DNA of 63,932 nt, the filler included, from Octopus bimaculoides (taxonomy: Eukaryota), in assembly GCF_001194135.2 (NCBI RefSeq). It is 6 parts of 5 records of this genome, joined end to end, with 100 filler letters (N's around TTAATTAATTAA, not from the genome) between each part and the next. Parts side by side here need not be neighbours in the genome. Positions count along the whole stretch, not along the records: positions 1 to 19,150 come from NC_068987.1; 5 more parts are not named here. One strand, written 5' to 3'. The notes below the pieces were generated by a model. It ran no database searches. It saw only the letters and a list, made by a program, of their open reading frames with translations, and was not told the origin of the DNA. Below, piece after piece: positions 1 to 11,949 of the stretch; the first letter of the stretch is position 1; the number at the start of each line of letters is the position of its first letter. Position numbers and translations under genes: made by a program.

Positions 1-221
1 TATATATATATATAGATATGTGTGTGTGTGAGTGTATCTGTGTGTATGTATGTGTATATGTATACTTGTGTGGGTGTGTGTACGTACGTTTGTAGGTATA
101 TATGTGTGTATATGTGTACATATCTATGTATATGTATGTATATATAATTGTGTATGTATTTGTATAAATCCATATGTATGCGTGATTAGCGTCTGTATGT
201 ATGTACATATATCTGTATGTA

Positions 222-276
<55 letters not shown>

Positions 277-360
277 ATATGTGTATATATATGTATGTAT
301 GTGTGTATATGTGTATATATATTTATGTATGCATGTATGTTTTCATACATTTATATGTAT
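1..360. repeat. Compound (TG)n/(TA)n/(TATG)n microsatellite
   Basis: Directly visible; explains the Y/I/C/V-rich ORFs in the track. Confidence 0.9.
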
Positions 361-1016
361 GTGTTGTCCAACCTACTATCTGGTAGCGTCCAATTCTCTA
401 ACGGTTTTTTTCAAATGAATCACGTCATAACCTTATCCATCTATTGTTTTCATACTCGGTCATAATGTCTTACGTTTAAGATGATTCCCATGCTTTCCCT
501 GATGAGAAGGTTACAATTTTAATATCACAGATCCCTATGGATCACATAGGTTGTAATCCTTTGAAACATATGTAGGAATAAAGTATGCAATTATAACATG
601 CGTTTTCTCCATTCCTTAAATTTTTAAATATACTCAAATACCCAAAATTTCAAGGAGTTCCTGCCTTAAAAACAGGAACANNNNNNNNNNNNNNNNNNNN
701 NNNNNNNNNNNNNNNNNNNNNNNNNNNNNNNNNNNNNNNNNNNNNNNNNNNNNNNNNNNNNNNNNNNNNNNNNNNNNNNNNNNNNNNNNNNNNNNNNNNN
801 NNNNNNNNNNNNNNNNNNNNNNNNNNNNNNNNNNNNNNNNNNNNNNNNNNNNNNNNNNNNNNNNNNNNNNNNNNNNNNNNNNNNNNNNNNNNNNNNNNNN
901 NNNNNNNNNNNNNNNNNNNNNNNNNNNNNNNNNNNNNNNNNNNNNNNNNNNNNNNTATTTATTTGTCAATAATTTTATTTTATTCAAAGTTGAATTCTCA
1001 TCTTTTCTGTTTTCAG

Positions 1017-1181
1017 GGTCGAGCTGCTGATCTTAAATATATTGAAGGAGCAGCTCGGCAGATTGCTGAGGTGGCAAAAAGCTCCAAGATTGTCGTAGAA
1101 AAGAGCACTGTACCAGTAAAAGCTGCTGAAAGTATCACCAATATTCTTAGGGCTAATATCAAGTCTGGCCTGATGTACACA
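1017..1181 (+). CDS. UGDH: UDP-glucose 6-dehydrogenase internal exon (55 codons, phase 0/0)
   Basis: Acceptor ttttctgttttcAG at 1015-1016 and donor GTTAGT at 1182. Translates [55 protein letters not shown], which includes the conserved GRAADLKY and EKSTVPV motifs. Confidence 0.96.
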
Positions 1182-1628
1182 GTTAGTTGGGTTTTTTCAT
1201 TTTTATTTTTATTTTTCTATTAAAGTACTGATTCATTTGACTGTGTGTGAGATGATTGTGGGATTAACAGGGATAAAAGAGATAATATTTCATTTACACA
1301 TCACTCAATTAAAGAATCCTTTGTTCAATTACTGACCCTTTAAGTATATCTGCTGTCTTTAACCATCTTTGAACCAACAAAAGAGTTTCAATGTGATTTT
1401 TCAACTTCTAGAAACAGTTGCCAAATCTTCATTAAATTATACCTTACTGTTTTACACAAGGAAGGTCACTTTGGACACTGTAATCCTAGATACCGATAAA
1501 AATATTGGATTGTCAAAGGTTGTTTGCTTTTCATAAGACTGCTTCATCAGGATTGATATAGTAACAACATCTAACTTGTCTATAGGTGGTTTGTTTACAC
1601 ATAACCATGCACTCTCTCTCTCTGTCTA

Positions 1629-1696
<68 letters not shown>

Positions 1697-1699
<3 letters not shown>

Positions 1700-2040
1700 T
1701 CATCATCATCGTTGTTTAACATCCACTTTCCATGCTGGCATGAGTTGGACGGTTTGATTGAGGACTGGTGAGCCAGTGGCTGCACCAGGCTCAATCTGAT
1801 CTGGCAAAGTTTCTACAGCTGGATGCGCTTCCTAACGCCAACCACTCCAAGAGTGTAGTGGGTGCTTTTTATGTGCAACCGGCACGAAGGCCAGTCAGGC
1901 GGTTCTGGCAACAACCACACACAAAAGGTGTTTTTATGTGCTACCTGCATGGGATCTAGTCCAGCAGCACTGGCAACGACCACACTCGAATGTTATTTTT
2001 CACGTGCCACCGGCACATGCAGCCTCTGGTTCACCAGTCC
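1697..2040 (-). mobile_element. 3' tail of an RTE-clade LINE (5'-truncated), ending in (GAT)n
   Basis: Same tail sequence (ttaacatccactttccatgctggcatg...ggatgc..cttcctaacgccaaccact) as the RT-bearing copy at 4715-6125. Confidence 0.8.
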
Positions 2041-2094
2041 TCAGTCAAACTATTCAAAATTAAAGAAGCATGACCAATTATCCAGCAGATGATT

Positions 2095-2655
2095 CAATAT
2101 ATATGTGTATATTCTTCCATATTAATAAAACAATATAAACATTCCTAATAATACAAGTATAAAATCATACATAGACATATGAACACGTAAATATATAAAA
2201 AAATACGTTGACATTTAAAAATATATAAATATATAATAGATATATAGATACATAAATAGATATGAAGAAATCGATATGAAATAACCCACGGTGAATTATA
2301 AATTCACACGATATGATATTATGAAATAAAAATTTACAAGTTACAATACAAAGGTATAGCAAAAAGTTTGATATAAAACATTAAAAGGACATATTAAAAT
2401 ACCAGGATAATATTTAAAGGAACCAAAAATTCCATTGACGGGCCGTTTCGGAGATGTGTCTAGGTAACATGATATATATTTCATATTTTAAATTTTAAAA
2501 GAAACAGACACTCCCCTCATCAGGATGTTTATATGATACAAAAAAATATAAAGAATATACAGAAAACATAGAAAAGGACAAATCACATAATTACCCTCCA
2601 GCCATTAAAACAAATTCCTATAGTTTCCTGCTTACTTTGCCTCCATTCGAATTAT
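2095..2655 (-). mobile_element. AT-rich Penelope-like pseudo-LTR / non-autonomous remnant hosting the hammerhead
   Basis: AT-rich non-coding block around a minimal hammerhead. Such motifs are characteristic of PLE pseudo-LTRs. Boundaries are approximate. Confidence 0.45.
2432..2530 (-). ncRNA. Minimal type I hammerhead ribozyme (Penelope-like element type)
   Basis: Minus strand reads AAACATC-CTGATGA-GGGGAGTGTCT-(44 nt)-AGACACATCTCC-GAAAC-GGCCC-GTC-AATGG. Both core boxes are intact, with an 11-bp stem II (one bulge), a short near-palindromic stem III and a GUC cleavage triplet. Confidence 0.75.
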
Positions 2656-3129
2656 ATATATATATATATCATCATCATCTTCAAACTGCAGAAAAGAACA
2701 ATTCTCTATTCTGCAAGAATCCTAAGAAAGATTCTTGAGATTTGAGGAGGCTTGTTTTTGCAAAACATCAAAACAACATCCCTGTTAATTTATGTAGCAT
2801 GTAATAACTTCAATAATAATAAAATTTAAATACAAATAGATATTAGGTTCATGTAAATATATGTATCAGTGAAGAATATAAATAAGAATTAATTTATCCA
2901 TTTTTTTGCTTAATAATGTAGAAGGAAATACCATATAGGATATAGTGCTGTTTTGGAGGAAGACTAGATATTAGTAAATATTTGATACTTTTTATTTGGA
3001 AAATATGATTTCCTGACATTCTATTGTATATAACTGGCCTTTGTTTTTTCTTTTCTCATGTTAGTATGATGATCAAATGCTGGAGTTAGCACATTCCTAT
3101 GCCAACACCTGCAATTCTAGCATCCAATT

Positions 3130-3360
3130 CAACCTCCCGCTTCCCATCACTTATGATTATGGCCCTAAGTTACTTTAGCTTCCTTCTTCAGCATGCAGTG
3201 AATGGATTTGCTGACAAATGCTGCAAGGTAGGGATCAGAATTAGTGTTGCAAAGACTAGAACATTGGTCATCTCAAGAAAGTCTTCTCAGTGCACCCTGC
3301 ATGTTAATGGAACATCACTGAGACAAGTTGAGAAGTTTAAGTATCTTCAAGGCCAGTGAA
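3130..3360 (+). mobile_element. Non-LTR retrotransposon RT C-terminal fragment (RTE-like)
   Basis: ORF 3099-3359 reads LQHAVNGFADKCCKVGIRISVAKTRTLVI...VNGTSLRQVEKFKYL, the typical post-YADD RT thumb pattern. Confidence 0.75.
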
Positions 3361-4318
3361 AGAACCTTGGTGGAAAAGATGGATAAAGCAATCAGTGAAT
3401 GAACTATGAAAGCATATCAACACCCTACAAAGAAAGAAACAAGGGGAAAGGACCAAGCTAAAGGGGTTAAATGTGGTATTTGAAGAGCTGAAACAAAGAC
3501 TGCAGGCTAAAGTTACACCTGATGGGAACAGCGAATTTTAATACTTTGTTCTCTAAATTTTACCTATCATTTAACACATATGCTTTAGTGAATGAACTAT
3601 TATATGCTCAGTCAAAACTTTTACAATATGTCCAACAACAGATGTAAAACTAACAAGTGAAAGGTAAAGTGTTTTTATATTTGTTTTCAAATCACTGTAT
3701 TAAGATTTATTATAACTTTACCAATGTAGTGAAACAATAAAACTATAGATAATGTCTTTCATTTTCTTCCATAGATGTCGGGAAATTTTTACAATAGAAT
3801 GTCTTATATAAATTTTTGTTTATTCCATGTCAGCCCATGCCTTCCCTGGCAGATAGGCCTCTTGATCAGGACAGATTTCTGCAATTTTTTGAAAAAAATT
3901 CTTTGACAGTCTTTTTTCTTTTTAAATTATTTACATGTTTGTTCAACTGTTTCACATGACTTTATTTATTAAAATCTATTAAGACTTCAGAAGTTCTTAC
4001 AACTTTGGTCGTTGTAATGCTTTGCTTTTGTTTGTTTAATAAAAATTCCTCCTCATAATGATTTTACTTTCATTTTGTGATAGCTATCATGCAGGCCCCA
4101 AAAAGGGCATTAAATAGCTGAATGATTAAAATTAATCAAAGGACACACTAAGTATGTCCACCTGCTGAAAATAACAGTCAAAACTCTTATTTAAATCGTC
4201 AAAATACACTGATGACAACAACAGAAATCGCCTATATTATTGATTCTGTTATTATCATTTTTGAATTGTTACTGGATAATAACAGAATTAATGATATCTT
4301 CACAAATTATATATGTAT

Positions 4319-4697
4319 ATCATCATCATCATCATCATCGTCATCATCGTTTAACATTCACTTTCCATGCTGGCATGGTTGGACGGTTTGACTGAGGGCT
4401 GGCAAGCCAGAAGGCTGCACCAGGCTCCAATCTGATCTCTTAATGTTTCTACAGCTGGATGCCCTTCCTAACACCAACTGCTCTAAGAGTATAGTGGGTG
4501 TTTTTTACGTGCCACTGGCACTAGGGCCAGTCAGGTGGTACTGGCCTCGGCCACTGTTGAATGGTGCTTTTTACATGCCACTGGCATGGGACCAGTCAGC
4601 AGGCACTAGCATTGACCATGGTTGTGATCTCACTTGGCTTGCTGGGTCTTCTTAGGCATAGCATATCTCTAAAGGTCTTGGTCACTTATCGGCATAT
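4319..4697 (-). mobile_element. 5'-truncated RTE LINE 3' end with (GAT)n tail
   Basis: (CAT)n at 4319-4347, then the shared RTE tail. It ends in the same ORF-terminus sequence seen at 5130-5190. Confidence 0.8.
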
Positions 4698-4714
4698 ATA
4701 TGTGTGTGTATGTA

Positions 4715-6125
4715 TCATCATTGTCATTTAACGTCCGCTTTCCATGCTAGCATGGATTGGACGGTTTGACTGAGGACTGGCTAGCCAGAAGGCTGCACCA
4801 GGCTCCAATCTGATCTGGCAAAGTTACTACACCGGGATGCCCTTCTTTATGTCAACCACTCCAAGAGTATAGTGGGTGCTTTTATGTGCCACTGTCACGA
4901 GAGCCAGTGAGTATCCCTGGCAACGATCATGCACATATGGTGCTTTTAATGTTCCACTGGCATGAGTGCCAATCAGGTGGTACTGTCATCGGCCACATCA
5001 CCAATTTTGATTTCACTTGCCTCAACAGGTCCTTGTAAGCAAAGTTTATTGTCTAATGAATGAAGGGTACTCATAAGTGGGTTGGTTATACACCATTGGC
5101 ATAGGCCACAGGTTATGGTCTCACTTAGCTTGTCGGGTCTTCTCAAGCACACCATATCTCTAAAGGTCTCGGTCACTAGTCATTTCCTCAGTGAGGCCCA
5201 ATGTTCGAAGGTCGTGCTTCACAAAAGTCCACAAAAGCTAAGTATAGGGGTTTATCTTTAGCTAGGTATTTCTCCTGCAGTTGCCGCACCAGGAATATAG
5301 CATCAGTGGTGTTTTTACCTGGTACAAAACTGAACTGCATCTCATCTAAGCAGACTCTCTCCCTAATGAGTTGGGCTATGACCCTCTCTGTGACCTTTAT
5401 CACCTGATCCAGCAGTTTGATACCCCTGTAGGTATTTCTATCTAAAGCATCACCTTTACCCTTGTAGCAATTGACTATGATACTGCTACACCAGTCATTG
5501 GGTATGACTCCACCATGAACAACCTGGTTTACAATGTAGGTGACTAAGTCATAGCCCACACCATCAGATATTTTAAGTATCTCAGCAGTGATTCCTGATG
5601 GTCCTGGGGGCTTTTCCTGGCTTCATACCCTTAATTGCTTTATCTACCAGGGAGCTGACTATTCGGATAGCTGGTCCCTCTACTGGGTCAACATTTGGCA
5701 GGCTCTCCTCCTCCCATTCATTCTTCATATTCAGCAGTCTTTCATAATGGCTTCTCCAAGCCTCTTTCTTTTCTGAATCATTAAATGCAAGTACACCATC
5801 ATCCATGCGGACACATTTCTCTCCTGTGACATCACAATTATCTCTCACACACTGTATTGCAATCCGAAATACTTCAGTTCTTTGGTCCTCACGTCACTGG
5901 ACATTGGCAAACTTCTTTTCTGCTTAACCCTTGGCTATGTATACCTGCCGCCCAACCTCCCTTTTGGCTACCTGGTACAGTTGTCCGCTACCCCCACCCT
6001 TCCACGCTTTCCAGGCCTGTTTCTTTGCTCTAATGGCTTTGTTCCCGTACTATTCCACCACCACGTAACTCTAGGTCTAGAAGAGACTTTGCACCATCCG
6101 CAGACTTGGCCTGTGGCACTCAGCA
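4715..6125 (-). mobile_element. RTE-clade LINE, internally deleted and decayed
   Basis: ORFs 5968-6162, 5582-5848 and 5188-5559 give TWWWN, EAWRSHYERLLN, NCYKGKGDALD..YRGIKLL, MQFSFVPG..TTDAIFLVRQLQEK and YLAFVD. The RT then jumps straight to the ORF end and 3' tail. Confidence 0.92.
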
Positions 6126-6911
6126 AACACGCACGCACAGACACACACACACACACACACACTTCTCAAAATTCTGAAGAGATCTGCCAAACCATTTGGC
6201 ACATCGAAACGATCGTAAATGACTCTATATAATCTCCACATAATTAAATCAATGGCTAACTAGCCCAATTGACTTGCTTCTTCTTGTGTTTGTTTCTCCA
6301 TTACCTGCCTCTGGATACCTTCTAACAAAGAGGGTACCCACACAAGTAATCTCCAGGAGTGCCTTCGGATTTAACTATCCCTTGGTTGCTTAGATATTTC
6401 AGACTACCCCTGAAATATTGAAGCAATCCTATCATATACCTATATATGCATATATATATACACACACACATACATACAAATATATATATATATATATATA
6501 NNNNNNNNNNNNNNNNNNNNNNNNNNNNNNNNNNNNNNNNNNNNNNNNNNNNNNNNNNNNNNNNNNNNNNNNNNNNNNNNNNNNNNNNNNNNNNNNNNNN
6601 NNNNNNNNNNNNNNNNNNNNNNNNNNNNNNNNNNNNNNNNNNNNNNNNNNNNNNNNNNNNNNNNNNNNNNNNNNNNNNNNNNNNNNNNNNNNNNNNNNNN
6701 NNNNNNNNNNNNNNNNNNNNNNNNNNNNNNNNNNNNNNNNNNNNNNNNNNNNNNNNNNNNNNNNNNNNNNNNNNNNNNNNNNNNNNNNNNNNNNNNNNNN
6801 NNNNNNNNNNNNNNNNNNNNNNNNNNNNNNNNNNNNNNNNNNNNNNNNNNNNNNNNNNNNNNNNNNNNNNNNNNNNNNNNNNNNNNNNNNNNNNNNNNNN
6901 NNNNNNNNNNN

Positions 6912-6943
<32 letters not shown>

Positions 6944-7141
6944 AAGAGTAAAAATGGTGGTTTGACAGAAAGTCTAAATAAATAGCTAAAGAGAGAGATA
7001 ACATTCTAAACGTATGCACAAATATATAACATGTGGAGATGATTAAAAAATTTTGTGTAAAGTGAAATAATATTTTTGCTTTGTGTGTGTGGTTGTTGTT
7101 AGTTAAAAGATTCCCTCCTTTAAGTTGGTTTCTTGTTTCAG

Positions 7142-7339
7142 ATTCTGTCCAATCCAGAGTTCTTGGCTGAAGGAACAGCCATTAAGGATCTTCTTTGCCC
7201 AGACCGGGTCCTCATTGGTGGTGACCCAACCCCAGAAGGTCAAGAAGCTATCATGGCCCTTCAGTGGATATACCAACATTGGGTAGCTCCAGAGAAAATC
7301 ATCACCATGAACACATGGTCTTCAGAACTATCAAAACTG
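7142..7339 (+). CDS. UGDH: UGDH internal exon (66 codons, phase 0/0), carries the catalytic Lys motif
   Basis: Acceptor tcttgtttcAG at 7140-7141 and donor GTATGT at 7340. Translates [27 protein letters not shown]...[12 protein letters not shown]. Confidence 0.97.
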
Positions 7340-7731
7340 GTATGTTTTCACACTTGTTTTGATTTCCTTGCACTGCTGTAGAGTCAGAATATGGTAGCTC
7401 TGTATGGTAGTCTAACCTTTTAAGTCGAGTTAGCAGCCAGATGTCCCTTAATGTTGGTGAAAACTTTAATTACTGTATAGATTGTTATTCAAACATAATT
7501 CAATTGTTATATTAAAGCAAATCATAAACTGATTATTTTATATTTCATTTCTTGATCTCCTTCATTTTCTTTTGTTTTTCTTTTCACAATTTCAGTCTTG
7601 TTTCCTCCTGTTTTTACCTTTCAACATCTCATTAAATCAGTATTTCAAAGATGATTAAATCTATCTTTTATCTTCTCTATGCAATTGTTATACTTACACC
7701 AAACTGTTGTTTGGTCTTCTTTGTAACACTG

Positions 7732-7770
<39 letters not shown>

Positions 7771-8004
7771 TGTGTGTATTTTTCCCTTGTTAACAATTAA
7801 TACGGAAAGAATAGCTAAATAGTTACCAGGGTAGCAAAGAATCCACACAAGTAAAATGTTGTAATTCCTTGTTTTTAAAGGTAGAAACTCCGGGTTTACG
7901 TGAAATATTTGTATGTGTGTGTGTGTATATATATATATATATACACACACACACATAATTATTGTTAGGTCTATCATGAGACTAAATTTCTAAACTCCTG
8001 TTAG

Positions 8005-8466
8005 GTTTATTGTGTATCACTAAATTGCCAAGTTATTATTTAAATCAGTGCATTCACTAAAATCATTAAACTGTTGTTATTGCTACTGCATTGTTAGCTT
8101 TACTGTTAACACACTAAATCATTAAATTGTTAACTACTAAATTGTTGTTAGGTTCACTTCTAATACCAATCCACTTGAGACTACCTCTAATTCTACAATA
8201 CAAACTTCTTGTTTTAAAGTTATCAAAACTAAAATCCTCTATTGAAATTACATATAAATCTACGTTCCAATCACCAGTCTAATAATGGCAAAGTCATTTT
8301 ACTAAATTATTTCATTAGAAATATGTTAACAAAAGGGTTGATGTGAAACACAATGAATCACTAAATTGTTATGTTTACTGTGTAACACACTAAACCATTA
8401 AATTGTTGTAAGTTGTACTTGTAATACTAAATCACTAAACTATTGTTAGTTTCATTGTATAACACA
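8005..8466. repeat. Degenerate AT-rich minisatellite (recurrent CACTAAATCATTAAATTGTTGTTA)
   Basis: Motif recurs several times in 8005-8170 and 8355-8466. Confidence 0.55.
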
Positions 8467-8697
8467 TTAACCCTTTTGGCATTCAGTTGACTTTTTGTCA
8501 AATGCAATGCTTGTTTATTCCCACTGTTTTGAATTAATTGTGCATTATCTCATAGCTTCAAGAGTTTGATGATGGGATTGTTTATTTTTAGAATGACATT
8601 GTTGAGTAAGCATGAAAGTTCAGATCTAGCTGATTTGAACATAAAATGGGTAGAATATTTGGGCTTCACATGGATGATTTAATTGCTAAAGGCTTAA
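8467..8697. mobile_element. piggyBac-like MITE (~230 bp)
   Basis: Starts TTAA-CCCTTTTGGCATT and ends AATTGCTAAAGGC-TTAA: short imperfect TIRs and a TTAA target site. Confidence 0.7.
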
Positions 8698-8841
8698 ACC
8701 ATTGAACTATTAAGTTCACTGTTACATAGAATTTAACCTGTCAAAACTATAGTGGAACTGTAAAATACATATGAAATTGTTTTTGATGATGATGATGGTG
8801 AGGTTGTTGATACATATATGTTATTTTAAATATTATTTTAG

Positions 8842-8989
8842 GCAGCAAATGCATTTTTAGCTCAGCGTATATCTAGCATCAATGCTGTATCTGCAATCTG
8901 TGAAGCTACAGGGGCTGATGTGTCAGAAGTGGCTCATGCTGTTGGAACTGACACCAGGATTGGGCCAAAGTTTTTGAAAGCCAGTGTTG
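8842..8989 (+). CDS. UGDH: UGDH internal exon (148 nt, phase 0/1)
   Basis: Acceptor tattttAG at 8840-8841 and donor GTAAGT at 8990. Translates [49 protein letters not shown]+G. Too short and ATG-less to appear in the ORF track. Confidence 0.97.
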
Positions 8990-10271
8990 GTAAGTATATA
9001 GCATACACATACAAATATGTACATCTCACTTTAACCTGTAACTGAAGATACTTAGGACAAGTTGAAATTAGTTATAGTTTATATTAATAATAGCTGATAT
9101 ATAAATTGGTTGGTTGCTTACTTGCTAGTTTGGTTGATTTCTTCAGTCACACTTTACATCATATTAGAGAAAGTAAGAGAGAGAAAAAGAAAGATAAAGA
9201 GAGAGTTAATATAAGAGGTGCAGGATGAGCATCTTATAACTTACTAAAAGATTCATGTTTTTTTATGAAATTTTACAGAAATTAGTTTTCAATTATGTTG
9301 ATAAGATTTCGAAAAATAATGACATATTTATTGCAAAAATTTGAATAAGAAATTTCTTTCATTTAATTCTGAAAATTGATATTCAATTAATCATTTTCTA
9401 TAAGCACAAAGAAATTTAAAAGTTAAATTATAGATATTGCATGAATGCCATATTTTCTGATATTACGTGTGGTGGCTAAAGTATATTCGAAAGTTACTTG
9501 TCATATGATGGGTAATATGCTTGTCCTTCATATCTGTCAATCATCATCTATTGATCTTGGATATGATTGAAGTAAAGTTGTTTAATTATTGGTGGTTAAC
9601 AACTATGGTTAGTTTTTTTAGGATATTGATTCACATACCACTGATTTAATTAATTAACTCAGCGTCCTTTAGTTCATTGCCCTCTGTGAAAATGGAAAGC
9701 AGAATTCACTCACAACAGTGAATTAGTTGATAAAGCAGCTAGTCTAGCAGCAGAACAGAAAATTTAGCCACTTTTGCATGTATTATCTGTTAATATTTTA
9801 AAATGTTGTTAAGATGTTAGAGCATAATGGATTTATACAGGTTGAAACAAATGGTTAAAAATAATTATAATTGATGCTTATGCTATTAACAGAAATATAT
9901 TCAAGCATGATTAATATGAATATTTATTTGACAACTTTTGCATAAAATGTGGCTTGTAGTATAATTTATATCAGAAGTTCAAGTCCCAGTCTGATTGGAA
10001 CTTTCAGTTTCTTATAAAATAATACCCAACCCATGCCAGCATGGAATACATATGCTAAATAATGATGAACATAGCAATCATATACTAGGATTAATATAAT
10101 CAGCTATATATATTCTGCCTCTGTTTCCTTATATTACAAATCATTATTCAAAATTCTGTAAAAGAATCTCCACAGATATTGGAAATTACATATTCTTGAT
10201 ATATCAACTTGTCTTTCAAACACATAAAACCATAAACTGATAGATCTGTCTGATAATCTTATAAGGGTTAA

Positions 10272-10454
<183 letters not shown>

Positions 10455-10478
10455 TAACTTCATGCTTTATACAATATA

Positions 10479-11836
10479 TCAGGTCATCCCATAAGTAATG
10501 TCTGAATTTTGGATAAGGGAAAAAGTGATTTAATTTTACATTTTATTAAAATTCAATCCTGTTAATAATTCCCATCATTATCAATAACTTCCTTCCATCT
10601 ACTCATGTTTTTTTTAAAATTCCATTGGTTTTGATGAGAAGAAGGAAGAGAGGTCAGTTTTGACCTCTATGCAAATCTTGAGTACTAATCCATCTAAATG
10701 ATTCTGTAAGCTTCAAAACAAATGGTAATCAGAAGGAGCAAGGTCTGGGAATAAAGTGGGTGAAAGATTTTTTTACCAGCCAAGTTCTTCAATTTTATCT
10801 GATGTAATCTTTAGTATGGGACCTTACATTATCCTGATGAAACACCATTCCTTTATGATTCATCAAAGCAGGCCTTTTGTTTAGAAATTATACATTTCTA
10901 AATCTCTCAGAGAGATTTATGCAGTAGTGATACGATGAAGTAGTTGTATGCTGTCAACTTAATGTGACAGTCCCCTGAAGGGAATAATAAGGCCTCAAAC
11001 CCTCTAATTATTGGCAATAGGTGTGAGCAGTAATTGTTTCATTAGTTGGTAGCAGCTCAAAGTGGATCACTCCAATGCAATCCCACCAAACTGAAAGAAG
11101 AACCTTTTTTGCGAGGAGGTCCTTTTTGTGTTGTGGTTTAATCTGTTCTCCACAACTAAGCCATTACCTGTGTTGCTTCATGTTTTCATAAAAATCCGTT
11201 TTTTATCACTAGTCATTAATCTGTCCAAAAATAGTGAGATACATTCAAGAGAGGAGATGTCCACTTGTGATTTTCGGTTGGCGTCTGTCAAATCATGGGG
11301 AACCCATTTTCCAAGTTTGGGCACCTTTCCAAGTGGTTGAAGATGGTGGTAAATAGTTGAATGGCTTGAATTGAGCTTGTTCTCAATTCTTCATCTGACA
11401 CAGCATTATCCTTCTCAAGCTTTGATAAAAGAAGTACATCATCAAATTCAACAAAGCATCCTATTCATGGCCTCTCTCTCTTATGCTGAAATCAACATTT
11501 TAGAAGTTTACAAACCATTTTCTGCAACCACTTTCATTCAGGTACTCTTCCCCGTTAACAGAATGGATATTTCAGGTTGCTGCTGCTGCATTGTTTCTCT
11601 TTTTGAACTCTTAAAGCATTATGTGCCTTAAATGCTCCTTCGATACATCCATCTTTGAGGGGTTAATATTAGTAATTAATTCAGTTACATTATTTTGTAA
11701 AAAGAAATTATACTAAGTTAAAGGTTTCCAAATTCATATGAGTCTCAATTAATACCATTTGACATTTAAGAATACTGTAAAATTTGATAGAAATTACATA
11801 TATGATATTTCAAACATTATTTATGAGATGACCTGG
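10479..11836 (-). mobile_element. Full-length but decayed Tc1/mariner (mariner-type) DNA transposon
   Basis: ~28-bp TIRs (tcaggtcatcccataagtaatgtctgaa; ttcaaacattatttatgagatgacctgg) flanked by TA. Transposase pseudogene starts at ATG 11652 (MDVSKEHLRHIML) and shows FLDRLMTSDKK, FHQDNVRSH, YS(P)DLAPSDYHLF and RWKEVIDNDG, with stops and frameshifts. Confidence 0.93.
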
Positions 11837-11949
11837 TATATGTGGCTGTTTGTGTGTGTGTGTGACATTTTTATGTCTATATGTATAGATGTAAGAAACA
11901 TATATGCATACACACACGCACATTTTTATGGTTATATGTATAGATATAA

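Noticed and set aside
981-1016. Upstream extension of the first UGDH exon suggested by ORF 963-1223
   Set aside because: It reads [12 protein letters not shown], is a pyrimidine tract ending in AG, and does not match UGDH VNTPTK.
1544-1550. CTGATGA (minus strand) as a hammerhead core
   Set aside because: No convincing stem II, and no GAAA-stem III-NUH arrangement follows.
4209-4235. CTGATGA-CAACAACA-GAAA as a hammerhead
   Set aside because: The intervening CAACAACA cannot form stem II, and stem I is absent.
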